A stretch of DNA of 64,000 nucleotides from an uncultured bacterium (GTDB lineage: Bacteria; Fidelibacterota; Marinisomatia; Marinisomatales; JACNKV01): contig CAYLYH010000002.1 in assembly GCA_964388155.1 (NCBI GenBank), forward strand, positions 9,887-73,886, read 5' to 3'. A model generated the notes under the pieces. That model had not been told where the DNA came from. It saw only the letters and a program-made list of their open reading frames with translations, and made no database searches. Positions 28,744 through 44,755 of this stretch are shown piece by piece (position 1 is the first letter of the stretch; each line of letters opens with the position of its first letter). Position numbers and translations under genes: made by a program.

Positions 28744-28830
28744 TGAGTTTCCACGTTGCAACAAACTTTGATACATGATCGAACAGATTGTCTGAAATAC
28801 TTAAAATAACTGAAAATACTGGTATAATAC

Positions 28831-29700
28831 ATGTTGCTGAATAGAAATAATATTAACGGAACGATATTAAAATCCATACCAGCCCTGTGCTTGATTCTTG
28901 CTTGTGCTTTTGGGCAAGAGATCACCTTAATGTCTTACAATATCCGTTATGACAACTCAAATGATGGCGAGAATATTTGGAAGAATCGAAAAGAAACATT
29001 GGTAAACCAAATTCAATTCCACGAACCGGATGTCATGGGAACTCAAGAAGGATTGGAACATCAAATCAGGTTTTTGGATGAACAATTAAAATCATACACG
29101 TATGTGGGTATTGCCAGAGCAGATGTGAAGGAAAATGGCAAAGGTGAATATTCAGCTATATTCTATAATACAAAGAAATTCACCGAATTAGAGAATGGTA
29201 CATTTTGGTTGTCCGAAACACCGGAAAAACCATCTCGTGGCTGGGATGCTTCCTTAAATCGCATTTGCACATACATATTGCTAAAAAGCAAATCCACAGG
29301 AGAAACATTTTGGGTATTTAATACGCACTTTGATCATAAAGGAAAATTAGCACGGGAAAATTCAGCAAAATTAATCTTGGGAAATATTAATGAAATTAAT
29401 CACCAAAACTTTCCTGCATTTTTAATGGGTGACTTTAACCTGAAGCCGGAAGAAATGCCCATTCAACATATTCGAAAAGAATTTTATGATTCACGGGATT
29501 TAACCCAAGAACCGCCTTTTGGTCCGGTGGGAACGTTTAACGGATTTAATATCAATAGACCAATTACAAATAGGATTGACTATATTTTTGTGAGTGATAA
29601 AAACATTCAGGTGAAAAAATATGGTGTATTAGCCAATGTGAAAGATCTGAAATATCCGTCGGATCATTTTCCGGTCATAATTAAAGTAGAAATAAGGTAG
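28831..29700 (+). CDS. Endonuclease/exonuclease/phosphatase (EEP) family protein, probably exported
   Basis: LMSYNIRYD, GTQEG, NTHFDH, MGDFN, RIDYIF, SDHFPV. Signal-like leader ending CAFG. Confidence 0.9.
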   Translation: MLLNRNNINGTILKSIPALCLILACAFGQEITLMSYNIRYDNSNDGENIWKNRKETLVNQIQFHEPDVMGTQEGLEHQIRFLDEQLKSYTYVGIARADVKENGKGEYSAIFYNTKKFTELENGTFWLSETPEKPSRGWDASLNRICTYILLKSKSTGETFWVFNTHFDHKGKLARENSAKLILGNINEINHQNFPAFLMGDFNLKPEEMPIQHIRKEFYDSRDLTQEPPFGPVGTFNGFNINRPITNRIDYIFVSDKNIQVKKYGVLANVKDLKYPSDHFPVIIKVEIR

Positions 29701-29706
29701 AAAAAC

Positions 29707-35347
<5,641 letters not shown>

Positions 35348-35354
35348 TTAGGAA

Positions 35355-36191
35355 TTGAATAAATTAATGAACTTTACATTAAAACGAACCTTATTTCTTC
35401 TTCTTTTCATCTCAAGTTGTAAAGACCAAATCGACATTAAATCTGAAACAGCATTAAAATATTACGGCTATTATTGGGTTGAATCTGGTAGCTATGGCAG
35501 TCATATAAACGAATGTTCGGACTATACGAATCTCAACTGGGTGGAAAGAATAGACGATGTACAAGTTTGTGCAGAATTAAACATGCAAAGTATTCTTCAA
35601 GTAAGATGGCAATTTTTTATAGGTGGAGAATGCCAGAGCGGTGAAGGAGTAAATCCTTTGCGATCTGATTACCAGCACCAGTGGAATATTTTAGCAGAAA
35701 CGATTGAACCATTCATTGATCATATATCTGCATTTTATATGATTGACGAGCCGTATTGGAACTGCGTCAATGAAAGTGATCTCAACACAGCTATTGAAAT
35801 AGTAAAAGACACTTATCCAAAAATTCCCGTAATGGTTGTTTTTGCATATCCGTCTATGAATGAATCATTAACAATTCCTGAAAATGCTGATTGGATCGGG
35901 TTTGATCATTATGAATTAATAGAGATTGTGGAAGAGGATTTATCGATGTTGAAGAATGCGATGCACAGTCACCAAAAGATATTTTTGGTCCCGCAAAGTT
36001 TTCTAAATGCTTCCATAAATTCAGATGAAGTGTTAGCACGTTTGAACAACGTTTATTATGATTTAGCTATGAGCGATACAACAATAATTGGAATGTTGAA
36101 TTTTGGTCTTTGGACACATGAAGATCCATCTAATATTCAAAAAACACTTGAGACTCAAATTGAAATTGGAAATAATATAATCGGCGAATAA
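35355..36191 (+). CDS. Hypothetical lipoprotein, probable glycoside-hydrolase-like TIM barrel
   Basis: Lipobox ISSC. AFYMIDEPYW, DWIGFDHY and FLVPQSF patterns resemble GH-like (beta/alpha)8 barrels. Start TTG 35355 or ATG 35367. Confidence 0.55.
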   Translation: MNKLMNFTLKRTLFLLLFISSCKDQIDIKSETALKYYGYYWVESGSYGSHINECSDYTNLNWVERIDDVQVCAELNMQSILQVRWQFFIGGECQSGEGVNPLRSDYQHQWNILAETIEPFIDHISAFYMIDEPYWNCVNESDLNTAIEIVKDTYPKIPVMVVFAYPSMNESLTIPENADWIGFDHYELIEIVEEDLSMLKNAMHSHQKIFLVPQSFLNASINSDEVLARLNNVYYDLAMSDTTIIGMLNFGLWTHEDPSNIQKTLETQIEIGNNIIGE

Positions 36192-36198
36192 GTTAATT

Positions 36199-39021
36199 TT
36201 AATACGCGTCTTCAACTTCTTCAATTATTTTATCATAAGTTATTCTTGCGCGATCGAATGCTTGTTTAGCATCTTGGATTTCTTCCGGACTGATTTGGTC
36301 TTTTTTCATATGCCAGCATTGATCCACTGAAGCACGGCACCATTCAGCGCTTTCTTTTACCCGAATGGGCTTATCCTCAATCATCACAAAAAATGGATTT
36401 GTATGGAGTGCTTGGTAAATGCGTAAAGCCACCCAACTTGATTGCTCTAACTTGGTGTTAAAATAAATATTTGTCCACTGCCCGTTGGCTGTTATTGTTT
36501 GTTTCTCAACAGCAATACCATTTACGATCAGCTCAACTTCTATATCCTGTAAATTTTCTAATCGGGCTCGTTCAACATGCCAATAGGGTTTTGTACTGTA
36601 ACTGCTGGTGGAAATACTTGCACCAATTTGGCTTTGTTCTTCGGGTAACAATGCTGACACCTTCGCCGAAATTGTTAAATCATCTCTTTTGGATAAATGA
36701 ATTTCACTTTCTGTATCGCCTAATTCTTGATCGTTAATTATAAAATCAATCACATGGGAACGCCCATCGGACACATACCCATTTCCATCCAAAATTCCAT
36801 TCATGTATTTTTCGTAAGTGAGTTCTCCGTCAATTTTAATATAGCTGCGGGCATCTCCAACCCGTTCATCATAAATGCAGGGGAAGTCCGTTTCACCGCT
36901 CAATCTGGGGCGAAAACCACAATTCAGTGTATGATACCACATATTCAACTCCCAAGGAAATGGTGTGTCACCAACGGAATAAAAATCAACCACGCCTTCT
37001 GTGACTGTGACGATATATTCATTGGCACCAATGTCATCCATTCTGGGTAAAACATAGTTTGGCAGATTTTCAGTAGCTTTAATAGGATCTAATCCCCAGC
37101 CCGAATGGGCGTATCCTGTGATAGCATTTTGACTTTTTGCCCATTTCAAGATTGGCAAATTCCAAGTGGGCCATTCATCAATAATTGTCGTGCCGGGATA
37201 ATCATCTTCATTAAGTCCAAGAAGAACAATATGCCCGGCGTGAGACGATGGAAATCCGGAAATTTCTACATTATAGCGCATGATGTGGTTATGGTCTGCA
37301 GCAGGATGGTCACGTCCGGAAAAGTGCTCTTTTTGAACATACCAGTTCGGTCCCCAGTTAAGCACGTTGGTTACCCGCAGATCTTCACCCAATTGCAGAC
37401 GCCATATTTCTTCCGGCGAAACACCTTCTTCAGGATTGGTGTAAAAAGCACATCCTGCGGCATGGATGTGAGAGTCTGAACTATAATAATCCATTTTTTG
37501 CATATCTACCCATCGATCCAATTGAAAGGATGTATGAATTGAATCTGATTGTTGTGACACAATCAATGATTTCGTTTTAGAGATATATTCAGGTCCCCGC
37601 GTATAAGTAATATTGTATTTGCCTGGCGGTAACATAACGTGTTCTCCATCACCACGGTATATTTGAGATTGAAAGTAGAAATCCGGGTAGTCGTCTAAAC
37701 GTGAAAGTCGGCGGGATGGGAGTGGGTACAATCCTTCCAGGTTTTCTGGATAATATTCATACTCTCGTTCAGCATGGAGACGATAATCGTCAGATCGCAA
37801 AATATCGTGATATTCGGTTTCTTCGTGGCGTTCGATGCCATCGGTTATGGTAAATGAAGCCAGAGTAGGTGAACCATCATCATCCTTCACATGAAATACA
37901 ACAGGGATAGCCGGTTGTGCATGAGCGTTGAGCCTAACCCGTGCAGGATCCAAATTCCCCGAGCCCCATAATAATTGCACATTTGCAGTACCGCCACCTT
38001 CAAAATATTCAATTGTAATAGCGTAGGATTTGCCTTTGGTCAAACTCACATCAGCCGTACGCAGACGCGGACCATGCAACCCCCAATTCGCCACAATCAA
38101 TTCATCATCAAGATATAATCTTGTTCCGTCATTACTTTTTACACCAATTTGATATTTTGCTGTTTTTGTTGGTGTAAGAAAACTGGTCCATCGCACGGAA
38201 AATTTTTCTGTTTCTATCTTATCAGATGGGGTACCGGCTCCCCAATCGAAATTGATTGTTTCATCCAACCGCGTCAAAGATGGCTCCCCGGAAAAATCTT
38301 TGTTTTGGAAATATTCACCTCTCAAACCAATGGCATCACTTTCTAAAGACGGCTTTAGAAAAATGGAATCAATGACGGTTATATTTTCATAATAATCTCC
38401 AATATAGAAATCAATATCTGCTTTTATGTAGCCTTCGTTCTTACAATAAACCTGTAAAATGACATACTCAACAGTATCCCCGGAAAGATTTGGTTTGAGT
38501 GGTGCGTTCCGGTAAAAATAAAGTTCTAGAAACCGTTCTTCCAACTCTGTTTGTGTGTAAAAATCATCAGGATGCATTTTTTCTTCAGTTGTAGAAATAT
38601 CAAATAATGGTTCCGAATTAGGACTACGCACTTCTAATCTTCCTGTAAATTTGGCTTTATTAAGAATCTTCACCAAATAGTTTGCCCAACCACTTTGAAC
38701 CAAAGGCTGGAAAGGTTTTCCTTGAGTTACGGACACTTTATGGTTTTCATTAATAGAAACCATAGCCAAAGCATATGGATCTAATATAGATTGAAGAAGT
38801 GAATCAGAATGCTGGGATAAATTATTTAGTTGGGTAATGACTTCATAAGGGAGTGGAGACCCCAAATATTCCATAGTTTCTATAATATTTGTGGAATGAT
38901 CAATAGAAATAATATTTTTTCCGTTGATGATAGGTAAAGTGCTGATTTTTGGTGGGGTGGAATTACATGATTGAAAGACCAAACAATAATTAATAAGAAT
39001 GAAAAGAATGATCTTTTTCAT
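36199..39021 (-). CDS. CehA/McbA-family metallohydrolase lipoprotein with internal PA14 domain
   Basis: Lipobox FQSC. PA14 (GLRGEYFQN...INFDWGAG...FSVRWT...SNDGTRLYLD...IEYFEGGG). PHP-like DSHIH, GYAHSGWG, SGETDFPC. Confidence 0.75.
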   Translation of the reverse strand: MKKIILFILINYCLVFQSCNSTPPKISTLPIINGKNIISIDHSTNIIETMEYLGSPLPYEVITQLNNLSQHSDSLLQSILDPYALAMVSINENHKVSVTQGKPFQPLVQSGWANYLVKILNKAKFTGRLEVRSPNSEPLFDISTTEEKMHPDDFYTQTELEERFLELYFYRNAPLKPNLSGDTVEYVILQVYCKNEGYIKADIDFYIGDYYENITVIDSIFLKPSLESDAIGLRGEYFQNKDFSGEPSLTRLDETINFDWGAGTPSDKIETEKFSVRWTSFLTPTKTAKYQIGVKSNDGTRLYLDDELIVANWGLHGPRLRTADVSLTKGKSYAITIEYFEGGGTANVQLLWGSGNLDPARVRLNAHAQPAIPVVFHVKDDDGSPTLASFTITDGIERHEETEYHDILRSDDYRLHAEREYEYYPENLEGLYPLPSRRLSRLDDYPDFYFQSQIYRGDGEHVMLPPGKYNITYTRGPEYISKTKSLIVSQQSDSIHTSFQLDRWVDMQKMDYYSSDSHIHAAGCAFYTNPEEGVSPEEIWRLQLGEDLRVTNVLNWGPNWYVQKEHFSGRDHPAADHNHIMRYNVEISGFPSSHAGHIVLLGLNEDDYPGTTIIDEWPTWNLPILKWAKSQNAITGYAHSGWGLDPIKATENLPNYVLPRMDDIGANEYIVTVTEGVVDFYSVGDTPFPWELNMWYHTLNCGFRPRLSGETDFPCIYDERVGDARSYIKIDGELTYEKYMNGILDGNGYVSDGRSHVIDFIINDQELGDTESEIHLSKRDDLTISAKVSALLPEEQSQIGASISTSSYSTKPYWHVERARLENLQDIEVELIVNGIAVEKQTITANGQWTNIYFNTKLEQSSWVALRIYQALHTNPFFVMIEDKPIRVKESAEWCRASVDQCWHMKKDQISPEEIQDAKQAFDRARITYDKIIEEVEDAY

Positions 39022-39027
39022 CCTACA

Positions 39028-40245
39028 TTACTCCAACTCATAAATATGAACATCGAATGGTTCATAATCTTCTGTTAAAATACCGTCTTTAATTAGAATT
39101 GTTCTATCCTCTTTAAGTATTTTCGCTTGTTCGAAATTTCTCAAATTCCCCAAGGTAATTCGTACCGGATTTTTATCTGAATTGACTGTGATCAAATAAT
39201 ATTTTTCATCACTATTCTTTGCCAGAATCTCCACACCGGTATCGATGGAATACCGTAATTCGTGATATGTTTTTTCAATGTCCAAATCAATAGAATGGGA
39301 TGACAAAATATATTGCATTTCAGCTAATTCTTTGGTGACACGATTCAAATCCTCCATGAATTGCGAAGGTTGGGGAGAATAAGGCATTCCCCAATAGTTG
39401 ATACCGTTAGCGCCATGAACAATGGCATTGAAAGCCATAAAACGGGATTGTTTATAAGTCGGATATAATACCATGTCCGAATTTATTTCTTGCTCTTTTT
39501 TTAGCATTTCCCATGCGAATCCTTGAAGCACCATAAACAAAGGTTTTGAATGATTAGTAACACGGTGCATTTTTTCTGCATATTCTCCAACCTGACTAAT
39601 GTACGGATTCAGCAAATCGCCTTGAAGTCCATCCGGATACAACGCGTAGGTAGGCGTTATACCATTGGGAATAACAGGATAAACATCACAAGCCACAATA
39701 TCCGTTGATTCATTATATTTCTGTAAAGTTGAAATAAGATTGACAGGACCGTGATTGGTGTAAATCAGATGATTCGTATCTTCCTGCTTGATTAAATTAT
39801 ATGTCTCAATCATTATTTCAGGTCGAATTCGAAGGTCTGGAGAATTCCATGTGAATGCCGGTTCATCAGCAATTTCCCAACAGAGTAAAGATGGGTGAGA
39901 TTTATAGGTTTGAATCAACTCTGAAATTCGTTCTTTACCTTTTACATTTGATGCTAATCCTGTTGAAATACGGGTATAAAGATTATTTTGATGCGCCACA
40001 TCAAGCTCTTTTTGATTTGCTGAAACGTGAATATAATTATATCCGTTTTTCGCTAATTCTTTGAATGGATGGTCACTTTTTGGAAGATGATAGGATCCAA
40101 TGATAAATGTACGTTTGCCATTGATAACCAACATGCCATCATTGTCCCAAGTAAATTTGAGATTGGGTCTACTATGGCTTTCACATCCCCAGAATAAAAA
40201 CAGAGCGATAGTGAAGAAAAATATTTGTCTTGAATATTTTTCCAT
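39028..40245 (-). CDS. Hypothetical lipoprotein, probable glycoside-hydrolase-like TIM barrel
   Basis: Lipobox FWGC. LLCWEIADEP, DIVACDVYP, FMVLQGF, AIVHGANGINYW. Confidence 0.6.
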   Translation of the reverse strand: MEKYSRQIFFFTIALFLFWGCESHSRPNLKFTWDNDGMLVINGKRTFIIGSYHLPKSDHPFKELAKNGYNYIHVSANQKELDVAHQNNLYTRISTGLASNVKGKERISELIQTYKSHPSLLCWEIADEPAFTWNSPDLRIRPEIMIETYNLIKQEDTNHLIYTNHGPVNLISTLQKYNESTDIVACDVYPVIPNGITPTYALYPDGLQGDLLNPYISQVGEYAEKMHRVTNHSKPLFMVLQGFAWEMLKKEQEINSDMVLYPTYKQSRFMAFNAIVHGANGINYWGMPYSPQPSQFMEDLNRVTKELAEMQYILSSHSIDLDIEKTYHELRYSIDTGVEILAKNSDEKYYLITVNSDKNPVRITLGNLRNFEQAKILKEDRTILIKDGILTEDYEPFDVHIYELE

Positions 40246-40249
40246 ATAA

Positions 40250-41305
40250 TTATTTAATCATTTTAGGGTTTATCACCACATGTTTTACCATTTTTCGATT
40301 CCATGTATAAACGATGTGGATCAAGTTATCTTCAGTTTGGATTATGGCAGGATATGAATATTCTTCTTCATCTGTTGTTTCCGGATTAGTCACTTTTTCC
40401 AGTTGAATGACTTCTTTCCAAGTTTTTCCATCTTTGGATACGGCTACAGATAATGGGACACGATCTCCCCAGTTTTTATTGGTGGGATTATAAACCAATA
40501 AATGCCTTCCGTCTTTTAATGTTAATCCATCAATACCGGAGTTAGGATTTGGAAGAGTGGTCGCTTTCATTTCACTCCAAGTGTAACCATTATCTTTTGA
40601 CCAAGATTCAGAAATAACTTCATTTTTGGTTCGATTTAATAATTGAATTGTTTTATTTGGATGAACCAAAATGGTGGGTTGAATTGCACCAAACTCAACA
40701 CCGTCATTCAAATCTCCGGAAGATTTCCATGTTTTTCCATTATCAATAGATCGCTCTATTTGAATTTTCCAACCATCGTGTTCGGTGCTTGTCCCGGATA
40801 ATATATCACCATTTGATAATTGGATTGGTTTGTTTTTTATAGGACCATAAATCCCGTCGGGCAATTGAATTGGGTTAGACCAGGTTAATCCATGATTCTT
40901 GGATGTAACAAACATTCCCCACCATTCTCTTGGGTTGGGACCTACTTTGTAAAACAGAGTTAAAGGTGAATCTTTGGGTTGGAATAAAACGGGGTTCCAG
41001 CATGGGAAACGTGATCCATCATCTTGAATGCCATTTACAACTTCGACGGGAGTTGACCAATTTTTATTACTTTTTCTCGATACCCAGATCCCTACATCTT
41101 TATTTTTTTCTCTGGTACCACCAAACCATGCTGCGATTAGATTGTTTCCAGATGATACAATAGTAGATGCATGGCATTCCGGCGTAAGAGCATCTTCCAT
41201 TTCATAAATAAATTCTTGTGATACAATTAATCGGTTTGTTACTTCTTTATTACTACAGGATGATAAAAAGAAAATACCGAATAAAACACTTATGATGATT
41301 TTCAT
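40250..41305 (-). CDS. BNR/Asp-box sialidase-like beta-propeller lipoprotein (BNR_2)
   Basis: Asp-boxes SKNHGLTW, SIDNGKTW, SKDNGYTW, SKDGKTW. CHASTI, NPNSGID, YSYPAI. ATG 41305 overlaps the upstream TGA. Lipobox LSSC. Confidence 0.85.
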   Translation of the reverse strand: MKIIISVLFGIFFLSSCSNKEVTNRLIVSQEFIYEMEDALTPECHASTIVSSGNNLIAAWFGGTREKNKDVGIWVSRKSNKNWSTPVEVVNGIQDDGSRFPCWNPVLFQPKDSPLTLFYKVGPNPREWWGMFVTSKNHGLTWSNPIQLPDGIYGPIKNKPIQLSNGDILSGTSTEHDGWKIQIERSIDNGKTWKSSGDLNDGVEFGAIQPTILVHPNKTIQLLNRTKNEVISESWSKDNGYTWSEMKATTLPNPNSGIDGLTLKDGRHLLVYNPTNKNWGDRVPLSVAVSKDGKTWKEVIQLEKVTNPETTDEEEYSYPAIIQTEDNLIHIVYTWNRKMVKHVVINPKMIK

Positions 41306-44300
41306 TTGACTTTTCCTTCTGTTATTTCCTCGATGCAATCCAGCATTTCATTTCTGAATTTGACCATATTTAATTCGTTGCTCACCAAATCGAAGTTTTC
41401 GCGTGATACACCTAATTTCATGGCTTGATATCCCGGGTCAACCAAATCAATTAAACCGGATTCTAATAATTGATTAATTTTTTCTTGTAATCCGCTATTC
41501 AAATTTTGGTTTTCAGCAGCGATATTTTTTAGGGCAGAAAGAATTCGATAATCTTCAATACCTTCTCTCACTGCTTCCCAACGTCGGCTGGTAACCGGTT
41601 TTGTCCTGCCGGGATATACAAGGTTATATTCAAACTTGATACGTCCCCATGGATTTTCGCTATTCGCATTGTAGCACCAATATCCAATTCCCGATGCACC
41701 GGAGCGAAGTGCCATCAATGCAGCAGTGCGAAATTCGTACATCAAATTGATATTCTTTATATTGGGTCCGATTGGCCTAGATGAAGTATAAGTACAATTA
41801 TATGACCATAAATGATCTCCGACATTTTGCATTACATCCATTTCCGGGGAATCTTCAGAAAGCCAATCAAAGGGCGGAACCCAAACATCAATAACGGTTC
41901 CCATCGCGTTGAACATTGGCAACTCACCACCACCGTCTTGATAGAGCATAATATCAGGATGATTTTCATGAACTATTTCACCAAATTGCACTAATTTATT
42001 AACGGCATTCCAACCGTGACCGCCCGGCTCATCGATGGGGTAAATAGCAAATTGATTAGTATCGTATCCTGAATTTTTCAGATGCCTTTTCAAAGATTTC
42101 ATATACTTTGAAAGATCTTTTTTGTATTTGGCAGAACCGAATTCTCCCTTAATGGCAGGGAATCCACCAATCAGTAAAAACACATTGTGCTCTTTAAATT
42201 GATTCGTGATTTTATCCAGTTCGGAAAAATCAAAATTTTTAATCTTATCATATCGGTTATAAGTAATTTTACCGTGTGGAATCCGAAATACATTGTTTCC
42301 ATGAGCAAGCAAATCACTTATTTCAGGTCCTATAGAAGGAGACCATGTACATAACCTGAAGTCTTCCGGAGGGCTCATGGTAAAGAGAAAAACCTCCATC
42401 ATAATCTCTACATGCGTTTCCGGTGGTGAAGCTGCCTGCGGAGCTGAAGATGCATTGACCACACCATCACCGTTCAGAGCCTGTAATATAAGATCGATTT
42501 TATATTTACCTGGAGAATTTTCGGTCACGATGTCTAACCATACTTCCCGGGCAGTAAGAGAGGGAATCGTTACAATATTTGATTCATCCAATTCCGGCAT
42601 TGCATCCCAAGATTCTTCTCCGATGGATGTGATCGTATTCACGGACCGTAATAAAGTAACAGAAATCCCATCTTTTGTATTTTCGGTATGCACGCGTACA
42701 TTCAATAATTGATCGGTAATATTAAACAACATAAGCGATACAGGTTCATGTTCATTCAAAACGGTTCGACGGTTTATTTCCACAGGATTAACAACCCTTT
42801 CCGGCAATTGCAGATGAACATCTTTACTCTGCCAGTGAGTCCCCTCAAAAGCAATCAAACTTGTTCCGTCCCCAAGTTGAGTAGCTTTTTCACATACTGT
42901 ACTAATTTGAAACGCACGTTTAGCCTTCCGGTTAAGAGATGATGTTTGTTCAAATATTTTCTGATGAGCTGATGCTGAATTACCCGGGACACTATTTTGG
43001 AGAATCTGTATTTTGTCAAATTGTGACTGAAGCAACAGAGCTTTATGCCGCAAGGCGTTTGCGGTAAGCGGAATGTTTTTTTCGCATTCATCGGCCGTTG
43101 AAGCTAGTATGCCAATGGCTTGCTGAATTAACGACCTATCGTTATGAAAGGGTATAACCGCAATTTCTTTTGAATCTGAAAATAGGATTTTTTCATTTCC
43201 ATCGATCAACTCCCATGTAAAGCTATAATCACCGGGCTGTGCGATTTCAATTGGAAGAAGAAGTTGTCCCTTTTTTCCAATGATAGTTGATGTTGCTGTA
43301 TATTGCGTCCCGTTAGGACCTATACAAATTCCGTTGGCAGATAGTGACGTTGTAGTCGGATATGGATTTATAACATTAAAAATAACCGGTTCCCCAACAA
43401 AAAGTCTATCCCACTCTAGATTTTGCGGAACCATGCGTAATTGATTGGATTGTTTTAGTCCAAACCAAGAGCCTGTATTACGAATATCCCCACGGTAGGA
43501 ACTCCAATGTCTGATTGTTTTATTGGACGCAGGTGTTCCAAAGCAATAAGCCATTCCTGCTTCTCCACCTGTTAGGGCGAATTCCAGATCATCAACACTG
43601 CCTGAAATATTTCCAAAGGCAGGAGTATTATTAATGGAACGTGAAGGTAGTTGATGGTCAAAGATAATTTTTCCATCATTGCTGAAAGCTAAAATATGCC
43701 CACGCTGTGTTGATAAAATAAATTCCATTTCTCCGTCGTTATTAATATCAAGGATTGCGCCGGGCGCCAGCGTACGTCCCTGCATATCGATCTTCCATAT
43801 AACAGACCCTTTCTCATCAAATCGATAAATCACGCCTTTTTGTGTAATTGCAAAAATATCTGCACGCCCATTCAAGTTAAAATCACCAATAGAGATAGAC
43901 GATGCGATAGGGGAATTTGTCGGATAATCCCAAATCGGATTTCCATTCTTATCTAGACAATAAACAACACCATCAGCAGATGCGACGATAATATAGGTTT
44001 TACCATCCGATGCTGAAAACATGACTGGCGATGAGGTTGACCACGATGAAGATGCTTCTCCGATTTTATAATTCCACAATGTAGCTGTTTTATGATTCAT
44101 TGCTGTGACAACGCCGTCATTCGTAGAAAACACAATCTCCATTAAACCATCATTGTTAAGATCACCAACTGAAGGGCTCACCGGCGTTGCATCCAAAGTT
44201 GTATGATGATTCACGTTCCCTGTTAAAGCATCAAGAATCCATATAACTCCGCTTTGGTCTCCTTGGATAACTTCAATCTTTCCGTCATTGTTTAGATCAG

Positions 44301-44688
44301 AGAGAACATTCGCACACCACTCTACCCCGGCGTTTAGTTTTGTTTTCCACATTAGCTCTCCTGTACCGTTCAGACAGTGGAGATATCCACTTTTGTCCCC
44401 AACAAAAATAAGTACGGATTTGTTTTCTTGAATCAGTACTGAAGGATAAGTCATCAATCTTCCATCTGTTCTCCATTGCCATAATTCTTTTCCTTGTTTT
44501 CCTAACACGACTAACTCTTCATGACCGGCAATGATGGTTTCATCGTACCCATCATTATTAATGTCAGCAGCGATAGGAGCGCTTTCTAAAAAGACTTTTT
44601 GATTGGTTTCCCATTTAAGTGGAAGTTCAAGTTGTTGGGAAAAAGTTAATTGAAAAAAGGCTAGGGATAAAAAGATTTGGTTTTTCAT
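41302..44688 (-). CDS. PQQ-like/FG-GAP beta-propeller fused to a C-terminal GH123/DUF4091-like domain
   Basis: D-x-N-x-D-G Ca-binding repeats (DINNDG, DLNNDG, DFNLNG). C-terminal YPIDEPGG and VTSRRWEAVREGIEDYRIL, the latter a DUF4091-type motif. Confidence 0.7.
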   Translation of the reverse strand: MKNQIFLSLAFFQLTFSQQLELPLKWETNQKVFLESAPIAADINNDGYDETIIAGHEELVVLGKQGKELWQWRTDGRLMTYPSVLIQENKSVLIFVGDKSGYLHCLNGTGELMWKTKLNAGVEWCANVLSDLNNDGKIEVIQGDQSGVIWILDALTGNVNHHTTLDATPVSPSVGDLNNDGLMEIVFSTNDGVVTAMNHKTATLWNYKIGEASSSWSTSSPVMFSASDGKTYIIVASADGVVYCLDKNGNPIWDYPTNSPIASSISIGDFNLNGRADIFAITQKGVIYRFDEKGSVIWKIDMQGRTLAPGAILDINNDGEMEFILSTQRGHILAFSNDGKIIFDHQLPSRSINNTPAFGNISGSVDDLEFALTGGEAGMAYCFGTPASNKTIRHWSSYRGDIRNTGSWFGLKQSNQLRMVPQNLEWDRLFVGEPVIFNVINPYPTTTSLSANGICIGPNGTQYTATSTIIGKKGQLLLPIEIAQPGDYSFTWELIDGNEKILFSDSKEIAVIPFHNDRSLIQQAIGILASTADECEKNIPLTANALRHKALLLQSQFDKIQILQNSVPGNSASAHQKIFEQTSSLNRKAKRAFQISTVCEKATQLGDGTSLIAFEGTHWQSKDVHLQLPERVVNPVEINRRTVLNEHEPVSLMLFNITDQLLNVRVHTENTKDGISVTLLRSVNTITSIGEESWDAMPELDESNIVTIPSLTAREVWLDIVTENSPGKYKIDLILQALNGDGVVNASSAPQAASPPETHVEIMMEVFLFTMSPPEDFRLCTWSPSIGPEISDLLAHGNNVFRIPHGKITYNRYDKIKNFDFSELDKITNQFKEHNVFLLIGGFPAIKGEFGSAKYKKDLSKYMKSLKRHLKNSGYDTNQFAIYPIDEPGGHGWNAVNKLVQFGEIVHENHPDIMLYQDGGGELPMFNAMGTVIDVWVPPFDWLSEDSPEMDVMQNVGDHLWSYNCTYTSSRPIGPNIKNINLMYEFRTAALMALRSGASGIGYWCYNANSENPWGRIKFEYNLVYPGRTKPVTSRRWEAVREGIEDYRILSALKNIAAENQNLNSGLQEKINQLLESGLIDLVDPGYQAMKLGVSRENFDLVSNELNMVKFRNEMLDCIEEITEGKVK

Positions 44689-44755
44689 AGTTATTCTAAG
44701 TTAGTTGTATGAAAAATGGGACTTCGCTATCAAAACGTATGGCTTCATATATATA

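Noticed and set aside
28614-28925. 103-aa minus-strand ORF in the pta/EEP gap
   Set aside because: It has no recognisable features and overlaps both the IS256 remnant and the EEP start on the opposite strand.
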